From the sequence record ON529851.1: a DNA stretch of 64,000 nucleotides; one strand, given 5' to 3'. Position numbers and translations under genes: made by a program. How positions within the stretch are numbered: the stretch's first letter is position 1; each line of letters begins with the position of its first letter. The notes under the pieces were generated by a model. It worked only from the letters and a program-made list of their open reading frames with translations, was not told where the DNA came from and did not search any database. This document shows positions 26,037 through 33,546 of this stretch, in pieces.

Positions 26037-27287
26037 TTAGGCCGAGACCTGCTCCTCGGAGAGGCTCAGCAACCTGTTTTGGACCTCGGCGGGCGAAAGA
26101 GGCAACTCGCTTTCGATGCCGCTCACGAAGGTGTGAGCGCAGCCTTCGGGGTAGAAGGTCTCATACATCGTCGTCACTTCCTCGACGCCGATGTGTCCCA
26201 ACACGTAGCGACGGTCGATGCGGCCGGGCCGCATCAGGGCGGCGTCCAGGGTGTCGGCGTGGTTGGAGGTGATGAAGAGGATGCGGCCGTCGCGCGCACC
26301 GATGCCGTCGATGGCGTTCAGGATTCCCGACAGCGTGATTCCGCTCTTGGCCGCCTCTCCGCCGCTGTTCACCTGGATCGCCGCGTCGTCGCCGGCCGAC
26401 TGGCTGGCGGACCGCTCCCCAGCGGCCTTGACGGCGTCGAAGTCCTCGACGACCACGAAGTTCGATCCCGCCTGGTTGATTGCACGCTGTAGCTGGTTGT
26501 CGTTGTCCAAAGTCGCCGGGTTGATGATGAAGACGGGTTTGGAGAAATAGGAGGCCAGGGCGAAGATAAAGGTGGTCTTGCCGGTGCCGGGCGGACCCTC
26601 GAACGAAAATCCTCGCCGATAGGGAATGCCGCGCAAGGCGTACCACATGCGCCGCGCCAGGAACCGCGCGATGTCGGCGATGACGGCGGCCTTGATTCCG
26701 GCGTCCAGATAGACGGTGTCCATCGACCGCTTGGGCCGGCGCTCGATCAGGCTGTAGTCGTGCCCGGCCCACAGGTAGACCGGGATCGTGTTCTTGTCCT
26801 CTTCGACGGACTTGATTGATTCGAGCAGCAGGCGCAGTACGTCGTGATTGCGGCCGGGCGTGGTGATGGTGATCGACTGCTTGCGGCGCTTGGCGGCGGA
26901 GTAGGCGTCGGCCTCGTCGCCCTTGTCTTCGATGTGGCGGTGTACGAACCAGAACCGCATGCCGTTGCGCAGCAGGTGGAACCCGGCGCCCGGCGACAGG
27001 TTGAAGTCTTCCTTGTCGTTCGCCCGATCATACCAGGCCGCCACGCCGAACCGGCGAGAATGCTTGGCGTCGGGGTGCTTGGACAGCCACAGGTCGACGA
27101 AACGGAAGACGGTGTCTTCGGAGTAGACCGTCAGCGTGGTGGTGAACTGGGCCTTGATGAAGCCCAGAAGCTTCAGCGGCACCGACTTGGCCTGCATCAG
27201 GACCCAGCCGGTGATCGCCAGGGTCAATCCGCCGCCCACCAGCGGATTGCTGCTCAAAAACGTCGTGACAGACTCGAACATGGGCAC
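26037..27287 (-). CDS. Bcs1-like AAA+ ATPase
   Basis: N-terminal TM helix, BCS1_N-like middle region, RPKRSMDTVYL..WY..RGIPYRRG..F.GPPGTGKT, VVVEDFD, ITLSGILNAIDG, TSNH..LDAALMRPGRID. Confidence 0.85.
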   Translation of the reverse strand: MPMFESVTTFLSSNPLVGGGLTLAITGWVLMQAKSVPLKLLGFIKAQFTTTLTVYSEDTVFRFVDLWLSKHPDAKHSRRFGVAAWYDRANDKEDFNLSPGAGFHLLRNGMRFWFVHRHIEDKGDEADAYSAAKRRKQSITITTPGRNHDVLRLLLESIKSVEEDKNTIPVYLWAGHDYSLIERRPKRSMDTVYLDAGIKAAVIADIARFLARRMWYALRGIPYRRGFSFEGPPGTGKTTFIFALASYFSKPVFIINPATLDNDNQLQRAINQAGSNFVVVEDFDAVKAAGERSASQSAGDDAAIQVNSGGEAAKSGITLSGILNAIDGIGARDGRILFITSNHADTLDAALMRPGRIDRRYVLGHIGVEEVTTMYETFYPEGCAHTFVSGIESELPLSPAEVQNRLLSLSEEQVSA

Positions 27288-27314
27288 TCGGGGAAGATGG
27301 AGGATCGACCGCGA

Positions 27315-27343
27315 GTGTTAATGTGGCTGACACAGAGTGTCAA
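27315..27343 (-). promoter_or_regulatory. sigma70-like promoter of the Bcs1-like gene
   Basis: TTGACA-17 nt-TAACAC. Confidence 0.6.
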
Positions 27344-27346
27344 GTT

Positions 27347-27826
27347 TTACGGCACTTCTTCCGTCTTGTTGATGCCCCAGCGTTCGATGCGCGAGTTCAG
27401 GCCTGACACGGTCAGCCCCAGGCTTTTCGCCGCCTCCTTCTTGGTCGGCGCGGCGTCCAGGGCCGCCACCGTCGCCGCATAGAGGCGTTCGTCGCGGTCG
27501 CTCCGGGTCAGGGTGTCGGCGATCCCGTAGCGGCGCAGCCGCGAGTTCAGGCCGGACACGGTCAGTTTCAGCGCGCGCGCCGCCTCGACGCGGGTCTTGG
27601 CGCTCGCCATCGCCGCCTCGGTCTTCGCGATCATGGCCTGCTGATCGGGCGTGGGTTCGAAGGTCTGAGGCGGTCCGGCATGCGACAGGTCCGGCGCCCG
27701 TTCGGCGATGATCTGACTGACCCGCATGCGCGAGATGCCGAAATGGCGCGCAGCGTCCGCCGGGATGAACCCCTGGCGGACATAGGCGACGACGGCGTCG
27801 CTGTCGACGGTGGAAGGACGGGCCAT
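27347..27826 (-). CDS. multi-HTH protein with tandem Fis-like HTH repeats
   Basis: EAARALKLTVSGLNSRLRRYGI and EAAKSLGLTVSGLNSRIERWGI, plus an N-terminal HTH (DAARHFGISRMRVSQI). Confidence 0.7.
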   Translation of the reverse strand: MARPSTVDSDAVVAYVRQGFIPADAARHFGISRMRVSQIIAERAPDLSHAGPPQTFEPTPDQQAMIAKTEAAMASAKTRVEAARALKLTVSGLNSRLRRYGIADTLTRSDRDERLYAATVAALDAAPTKKEAAKSLGLTVSGLNSRIERWGINKTEEVP

Positions 27827-27827
27827 A

Positions 27828-28169
27828 TCAGGTCTCCTGGAGCAGTCGGCGGGCGTAGGCGCGCGCGTCTTCGTTAGTCGCCGGCAAGCCGGCGTATTCT
27901 TCGGCCGTGATCGGCGCGATAGTGACGATGGAATCGGCGAGCCCCGCCATGGTCTTCGGGGTCCATTCACGGTAGAGCCCGTCGGGGCTGTTCGCGATGG
28001 GCTGGTAGCGCTCGCTCGGCCGGGCGTCGATCGAGGCGAAGCCGGCCTTGGTCACGCTGGTCACCTGGGCGCGACGGACCAGCATGACCTTGCCGCGATT
28101 GCCGCCCCAGGCCCTGACCGAGGTCAGCTTGACGAAATCACCCTTCTTCAGCATGGGCACGTCCATCAC
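27828..28169 (-). CDS. hypothetical protein
   Basis: 113 aa; coupled. Confidence 0.55.
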   Translation of the reverse strand: MMDVPMLKKGDFVKLTSVRAWGGNRGKVMLVRRAQVTSVTKAGFASIDARPSERYQPIANSPDGLYREWTPKTMAGLADSIVTIAPITAEEYAGLPATNEDARAYARRLLQET

Positions 28170-29587
28170 AGGAGGCTCCCCGGCTCGATCTCGTCGTAGA
28201 CGGCGCGGGTCAGCACGGTTTCAGGTTTGCCGTCCATCTTGGACTGGCTGTGTTTCTTGATCGTCGCCTTGATCCGGTAACGCTTGCCGGCCTGCGGGCG
28301 TTGCTCGCCGGTGGCGAAATGGACGCAGCGGCTGCCGTCGTCGCCCAGGATCGCCACGACGGTCTTGGGGCCGAACTGGCTCGGGATCACCGTGCAGCGC
28401 TCGATCAGGCCGGTGAAGACGTAGCGGCCGCCTTCGTCGCCCTTCAGATGCTTCGGCTCGGGTCGGGCCTGGGCGACCGATGCGTCCTTCACGCGTTGCA
28501 GCGAGCGCCCGACGAACATGGCGACGCCGGCCAGGATGATGTTGTAGCGCTTGTTGCGGGCGTATTCGCACGACAGGGCGATGCGCAGGTTCTCGCCGAA
28601 GTCGCCTGTGGCCTTCTCGACATAGTCGACGAGCGCCATCAGATCGAGCGGTTCCTTCAGCGGGTGGGCCTTGTGCCAGTCGCGTGCTTCCTTGAAGCGG
28701 CGATCGTAGCGTGGGTTCATGTCGATCGCGCCGCGCAGGGCGTGCACGTCGTCGCGCAGGGCGTCGCGGATGTCGCGCCCATAGCCGCCGTAGCGGACCG
28801 CCGCCTGATAGACGTCGCGGACCAGGCCTTCGACCCAGAAATGGGTGGCGTGGGCGCCGCTCCAGGCGTCGCTGTCGTCGCGGTCGCCCACGATGGACGA
28901 GCGCACGGCTTCGCGCGCCAGGATGTCGTTGGCCTCCAGGCCGAGGAAGTCGCGCGAGCATTGACGCCCGATCACCAGACGGCGGCCGTCGGCGGTCTCC
29001 ACCAGGAAGGAAGCGCGGCGATCGCGTTTGTGCCCGCAGTGGTCGCAGTCGCGCCAGCGCGGCAGATAGGGCTCCAGTTCAGCCGGGTCAGCGCCGTTGA
29101 GCGCGTGGCGATAGACCTGGACGTTGTCCTCGGCCATCTCGAAGGCGCCGATCAGGCGCGCGTTCTCGCCGGCGACGGCGGGCGCCTCAATGGTGACCAG
29201 GACCTGGCGGATCATCAGCGGGCGACCCAGGCGATCGCGCCGGAAGCGGTTTTCGACAAAGACCTCTTCGGTCTTGATGATCTCGACGGACTGGTGGAAG
29301 CGCTTCATGCGCTTGTCCAGCTTGGCGACGGCCTTGACCACGTCGGCTTCGGCGCCGTCGTCGCAGGTCAGGACAAACCGCTGGCGGCCGCCCGGTGCGC
29401 CTTCGACCTGGGAGACGCGGTGGTGCCGCTGGGGTTCCGGCGGGTTTTCGCGGCGTTCCGCCTCGATCCACGCCTCGACGTAGTCCGGATCGTCGAACGG
29501 GTCGGCGCCGGCGGACTCGAACGCGGCCGCGACGGTCTCGCCCTCGCGGTGATCCAGTTCGGCTCTCCAGTCTTCGGCGTCGTACAT
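28166..29587 (-). CDS. hypothetical protein with CxxC..C motif and C-terminal OB-fold-like domain
   Basis: CDHCGHKRDR..IGRQC; C-terminal beta-rich region SQFG..Y.IKATIKKH..ETVLTR; ATG 29587 with GAGGAGG RBS. Confidence 0.7.
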   Translation of the reverse strand: MYDAEDWRAELDHREGETVAAAFESAGADPFDDPDYVEAWIEAERRENPPEPQRHHRVSQVEGAPGGRQRFVLTCDDGAEADVVKAVAKLDKRMKRFHQSVEIIKTEEVFVENRFRRDRLGRPLMIRQVLVTIEAPAVAGENARLIGAFEMAEDNVQVYRHALNGADPAELEPYLPRWRDCDHCGHKRDRRASFLVETADGRRLVIGRQCSRDFLGLEANDILAREAVRSSIVGDRDDSDAWSGAHATHFWVEGLVRDVYQAAVRYGGYGRDIRDALRDDVHALRGAIDMNPRYDRRFKEARDWHKAHPLKEPLDLMALVDYVEKATGDFGENLRIALSCEYARNKRYNIILAGVAMFVGRSLQRVKDASVAQARPEPKHLKGDEGGRYVFTGLIERCTVIPSQFGPKTVVAILGDDGSRCVHFATGEQRPQAGKRYRIKATIKKHSQSKMDGKPETVLTRAVYDEIEPGSLL

Positions 29588-29614
29588 AGCGTCCTCCTCG
29601 TGTCTGGGGAGGCT

Positions 29615-29641
29615 TGTAAAGGAACTAAATGCGGAAGTCAA
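29615..29641 (-). promoter_or_regulatory. promoter with TTCCTTTACA box (copy 9)
   Basis: TTGACT-N11-TTCCTTTACA. Confidence 0.75.
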
Positions 29642-29643
29642 CA

Positions 29644-30390
29644 CTAGCGGAGCACGCGATCCGCATAGAGGCATTTGGCGTTGAACAGAGCCGCCGGCGC
29701 ACGAAGGGCCGAACCGCCGCGACTGTCGAAAACGAGCAGACCTGCGGACGGGTCTTCGCCGACGGCGCTGTAAAAACCGTAGCCGCAGGCCACGAAGTCG
29801 ACCCCGTCCACCGCCACCAGGAACAACCGTGCGAACTCGACTTGACGCCCTGTGGCCCGCGTCACCGCCCTCGACACCTGTTCGATCCGGGCTTCATTGG
29901 GCAAGGTTGACAGCGGCCCCCAGGAGAGGCGCTGGCGCTCCGCGCCTTCATTTCTATAGAGCGTGGTGATTCGGGGGTTGGTCATCGAGGCGCCCCAACC
30001 ACCGACATCGGGAGGCAGGGCGAACCAGGACGTCTCCGGCCCGCGCCCGACCTGGCGCAAGGCGATGCGCACCTTTTCGTCGAGGCGGCAGGCGCGAGCG
30101 AGGTCGTGATCCACGAAGCCGCATCCCGCCTGTTGGTCCTGAATCCGATGGATGACCGCAGCTTCTTCGCCGGGAAGCCATCCGCGCACCACGGGAGGAA
30201 TGTCCATCAGCCGCTCGATCATCAGATGGGCGGGTTCCAGCAGATAGGCGCGCACATCGGGATCGGCGCGGCAGGCCTCGGCCAGCGCCGCTTCGGCGTA
30301 GTCGCAGGTTTCAGGGTCGCCGGCGCGGGCGGTGTTCGGCGTCAGGCTGAACAACACGCAGGCGGCGCCCCAGGCGGCGAAGACACGCAT
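29644..30390 (-). CDS. putative secreted/periplasmic protein
   Basis: ATG 30390; N-terminal signal peptide ending ..TARA. Confidence 0.55.
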   Translation of the reverse strand: MRVFAAWGAACVLFSLTPNTARAGDPETCDYAEAALAEACRADPDVRAYLLEPAHLMIERLMDIPPVVRGWLPGEEAAVIHRIQDQQAGCGFVDHDLARACRLDEKVRIALRQVGRGPETSWFALPPDVGGWGASMTNPRITTLYRNEGAERQRLSWGPLSTLPNEARIEQVSRAVTRATGRQVEFARLFLVAVDGVDFVACGYGFYSAVGEDPSAGLLVFDSRGGSALRAPAALFNAKCLYADRVLR

Positions 30391-30401
30391 CTCTGTTCTC
30401 C

Positions 30402-30629
30402 CTAAAGCCGAGTATGCTCGACGTCGCCGTTGGCGTGGAAGGTCCAGGCGTTCAGACCGCACCAGTCCGGATCGTCTTCTTCCCGCTTCTGGTGCTCCAC
30501 GGTGATTTCGGGCGCGCAGTTCACCGGCAGCTTGCGCTTGGCGTAAGCGAAGGCCAGCCCCTTGCGACGAAAGGGGTGGTCGGTGTACCGCCCTTCCTCA
30601 GGGCAGACGGTGACGACGAAACGCTCCAT
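30402..30629 (-). CDS. hypothetical protein
   Basis: 75 aa; coupled. Confidence 0.55.
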   Translation of the reverse strand: MERFVVTVCPEEGRYTDHPFRRKGLAFAYAKRKLPVNCAPEITVEHQKREEDDPDWCGLNAWTFHANGDVEHTRL

Positions 30630-31189
30630 CAGGCCGGCACCAGCCCCCGGAAGGTCAGGGAGATGCGCGCGCCGACAGGCTCATCCTCCATCTTGGGGAT
30701 GGCGTGGAGGTGCGATTGCTGCATGCCGGGACGCATCATCAGCAGCGACCCCGGCTCCAGCAGCATCCGCTCGGGATGGGCGCCCTTTTGATTGCGCTTG
30801 AAGGCGATGTCGCGCCCCGCGCCCAGGGTGATCACGGCGATCGGTCGGTTATGGTCGATCTGCGCGTCGTCGTCGGCGTGCCATCCCAGGCTGTCGGACC
30901 CGTCGTGATAGAGGTTCAGGAAGCAGCCCTCCAGACGCACGCCGGCCTCGGCCTCGATCTGGTCGCGGCAGATGTCGATGAAGGGGTGGGAGGGCCGAGG
31001 CAGGTAGGTCCGCTCGCCGGCGCCGACGCCATAGGTGTAGGGGCGATCGAAGGTGTTGGTCCAGTATTCCGAACGCGGCGCCGTCTCCCGACGCTCCCAT
31101 GCCAGGCCGTCGCGCAGCATGAGGAAGCCCGCTTCCTGCATGTCGGCGGCAATGAAATCATCGAAATACACCACGGGGGCGTCGGACAT
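30629..31189 (-). CDS. AlkB-like 2OG-Fe(II) oxygenase
   Basis: LNLYHDG.DSLGWHADD (HxD), LHAIPK (H), RISLTFR; ATG 31189 with AAGGAGG RBS. Confidence 0.88.
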   Translation of the reverse strand: MSDAPVVYFDDFIAADMQEAGFLMLRDGLAWERRETAPRSEYWTNTFDRPYTYGVGAGERTYLPRPSHPFIDICRDQIEAEAGVRLEGCFLNLYHDGSDSLGWHADDDAQIDHNRPIAVITLGAGRDIAFKRNQKGAHPERMLLEPGSLLMMRPGMQQSHLHAIPKMEDEPVGARISLTFRGLVPA

Positions 31190-31219
31190 GGGGACCTCCT
31201 TATGCAACTGAGACGAGTG

Positions 31220-31253
31220 TCGTAGCGGGAGCGAGTGCTGTTTGTCAACACTC
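31220..31253 (-). promoter_or_regulatory. sigma70-like promoter (GAGTG-TTGACA class)
   Basis: GAGTG TTGACA-17 nt-CTACGA. Confidence 0.55.
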
Positions 31254-31273
31254 GCGCGCCAGAGGGAAACTAC

Positions 31274-32326
31274 TTAGTCGGGCGCGTCACTGTCTTTAAC
31301 GACGTCAGACCGGGGAGGGTTCAACGCCAACAGGACGGTTTTACCGACGCTCAAGGGATCGACGCCGGCCGCCAGGGCGTCGTGCAGCCGCGAGCCCAGG
31401 GCGCGCTCGCCCAGACGTTGCATGGCGAAGTCGACATGGGCGTCGATCTCGCTCTTGGCGTTCTCGCTCATCTCGGTGATCGCTTCGTGGGCCTGCTCGG
31501 CCACATAGGGCATGTTGGCGGTGAAGTCGCGCTCGGCCTGGGCCAGCGTCGCCAGAACGTCGTTGAGATCGCCCTTGCGGACCGACCCGCCCGCCAGCAA
31601 GGCCTCCAGCGCCTTTCGGGCCTGGGACAGCCCTTCGGCGGCCGAAGACGCCTTCTTGGAGATGGCCTCGCGGAAGGTTTCTTCGTCATGTTTGTGTCGC
31701 CCAGGATCGCGCGGCGTCAGGTAGTCGCCGGTCTGGGGATCACGGTAGCGTCGCAGGGTGCAGGGCACGCCGCCCGTGTTGAACGACGACAGCAGGCGCG
31801 CCCACTGGACTTCGCTCATTTCAACGCGAGCGACCGAACGGTTCTCGTGGACGCGATCTCCAGCGTCGCGTTTGACCAGTTGGGCCGTGCTGATTTCCAG
31901 GATGATGGCGTGCCCCTGGGGGTAGTCGACCATGAACAGGTCTGACTCGCCCGACACTCGCGCCACGGTCACCATGCCGAACGACGGATGCTCGACCTCA
32001 TGGCCGTGCAGGTCCCGGTCGCGCACGTCGACCGCGATGATCCGGGCGGGGTCGTCGATTTCGTCCCAACGCGACAGCAGGCTGCCGCTGTTGTTGCGGG
32101 CGACGAACACCACGCGCGGCTCGGCGAGCATGACCGCGTTGAGTTTGTCGTTCCCCGAGATGCCGCCGTAATGCTGGAAGTCGTGCGGCTTGATCCCCAT
32201 CAGGGCGCAGGCCTCCTTCTGGGTCGAGGCCGCGACGTAGCAGTGCGCCTGGTTGTGGTGCGGCGACACCGCCTTCAGGCGCGGATCGGTCTTCATGTAC
32301 CAGTAGACGTGCAGGCGTTCAGTCAT
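31274..32326 (-). CDS. hypothetical protein
   Basis: 350 aa; GGAGG RBS, downstream of box promoter. Confidence 0.75.
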   Translation of the reverse strand: MTERLHVYWYMKTDPRLKAVSPHHNQAHCYVAASTQKEACALMGIKPHDFQHYGGISGNDKLNAVMLAEPRVVFVARNNSGSLLSRWDEIDDPARIIAVDVRDRDLHGHEVEHPSFGMVTVARVSGESDLFMVDYPQGHAIILEISTAQLVKRDAGDRVHENRSVARVEMSEVQWARLLSSFNTGGVPCTLRRYRDPQTGDYLTPRDPGRHKHDEETFREAISKKASSAAEGLSQARKALEALLAGGSVRKGDLNDVLATLAQAERDFTANMPYVAEQAHEAITEMSENAKSEIDAHVDFAMQRLGERALGSRLHDALAAGVDPLSVGKTVLLALNPPRSDVVKDSDAPD

Positions 32327-32357
32327 GGGTCCTCCGGGGAGCGTCGTCAGGATTTTC

Positions 32358-32384
32358 TGTAAAGGAATGATTTGCCGAGGTCAA
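32358..32384 (-). promoter_or_regulatory. promoter with TTCCTTTACA box (copy 10)
   Basis: TTGACC-N11-TTCCTTTACA. Confidence 0.75.
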
Positions 32385-33370
32385 GCGCCCAGTTTGACCC
32401 AGGCGGCGTCGCGACGTTCGTGGGTCTGGACCCAACCGTCGTAACGGGGCTGGTGGTAGGCGATTTCGCCCGCCAGGGTTTCGATTTCATGGCGAATGTT
32501 GCGCAGCTTGGCGGCTTTGAGGCGGTCGTAGGTCACCTCGGGATGCTGGGCGCGGCGGATCGCCTTGGTCGCCTCGAAGACGGCCTCGAAGGTCTCGCGG
32601 GTCACCATATGCCGGGCGGTCTGGGCCTTGGACCAGGCGTTGGGCCGCGTCGTCTCATCCGCGAAGGCCCAAGTCAGCGCATGGGTTTCGGCTTCGGTGT
32701 CGATCAGCGCCTTTTCGGCGACGACCTTGCTCGTCCGCAGCATCTTCAGCATGGCGCCGAGACGTTCGCGCGAGACTTCCCACGGCAGCGACTTCGCCCC
32801 GTAGCAGGAGGCCGTCTGCCAGCCTGAGCCCGGCCGCTGATAGCCGTGGTGGGCGATCTCGCCCGTCTCCGCCAGAATACGGCGCTGGCAGCACTGGCAG
32901 GTCATCGCCTTGGCGTCGCGTTCTTCACGGGCGATCGAGGTTTTCGAGGGGCGCGGCGCCCGCTTGCCGATCAGGGGCTTGAGGGCGTCGAGCGCCTGAG
33001 CCAGGGGCAGCATTTCCTCCAGCAAGGCGACCATGGCGTCGCGCATGGCGCTTTCGCCCTTGAAGGCCTTCGCCTTCTTCAGATAACCCGCCACCAGATG
33101 CGGATAGGGATGGCCCAGGCTCCAGGCCAGGTCCTGCTCCTTCTCGGAGAGGGTCGACATCGCCCCGTTCCAGCGGAACCCGTCGCCGATCACCTTTTTC
33201 CAGGCGGCGTCGATGGCGTTGGAGATGTGGTATTTGACGTCGGCGAATTCCGCCTTGATCAGGACGCCTTCCGCCTGGAAGCCGGCGATCTTGCCCAGAG
33301 CGCCTTCGAGGTTCTGGGCGTAGCGGTCCGAGATATTAGCGAACATCGTGGGGAAATCGGTCGGCGTCAT
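32381..33370 (-). CDS. hypothetical protein with CxxC..H..C motif
   Basis: ATG 33370 with GGAG RBS; CQCC..HHG..C. Confidence 0.7.
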   Translation of the reverse strand: MTPTDFPTMFANISDRYAQNLEGALGKIAGFQAEGVLIKAEFADVKYHISNAIDAAWKKVIGDGFRWNGAMSTLSEKEQDLAWSLGHPYPHLVAGYLKKAKAFKGESAMRDAMVALLEEMLPLAQALDALKPLIGKRAPRPSKTSIAREERDAKAMTCQCCQRRILAETGEIAHHGYQRPGSGWQTASCYGAKSLPWEVSRERLGAMLKMLRTSKVVAEKALIDTEAETHALTWAFADETTRPNAWSKAQTARHMVTRETFEAVFEATKAIRRAQHPEVTYDRLKAAKLRNIRHEIETLAGEIAYHQPRYDGWVQTHERRDAAWVKLGA

Positions 33371-33402
33371 GCGGGGTCTCCGTCCTGAAAGGGTGAGGAG
33401 GC

Positions 33403-33429
33403 TGTAAAGGAACGAATTGAGGATGTCAA
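33403..33429 (-). promoter_or_regulatory. promoter with TTCCTTTACA box (copy 11)
   Basis: TTGACA-N11-TTCCTTTACA. Confidence 0.75.
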
Positions 33430-33456
33430 CACCGCGCATCCTGAGTGCCGTAATTA

Positions 33457-33485
33457 TTGACACTGGACGTGGTTAACGCTATAAG
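33457..33485 (+). promoter_or_regulatory. near-consensus sigma70 promoter of the cadherin-repeat gene
   Basis: TTGACA-17 nt-TATAAG, back-to-back with box copy 11. Confidence 0.7.
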
Positions 33486-33546
33486 GGATGGCTTAAAATG
33501 CCGCGTTTTTTGTCGTGGCTGACAGCCCTCCCACCGGTACATAAAC

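Noticed and set aside
2242-33463. N-terminal extensions of several track ORFs (2242..3156, 5570..6307, 7952..9067, 20148..20903, 21052..21906, 28166..29674, 32381..33463)
   Set aside because: They run through upstream genes or promoters. Internal starts with GGAGG sites or stop/start coupling fit better.
33471-33479. GGTTAAC in the cadherin promoter spacer as a CtrA site
   Set aside because: Only a half-site; no second TTAA at 7-nt spacing.
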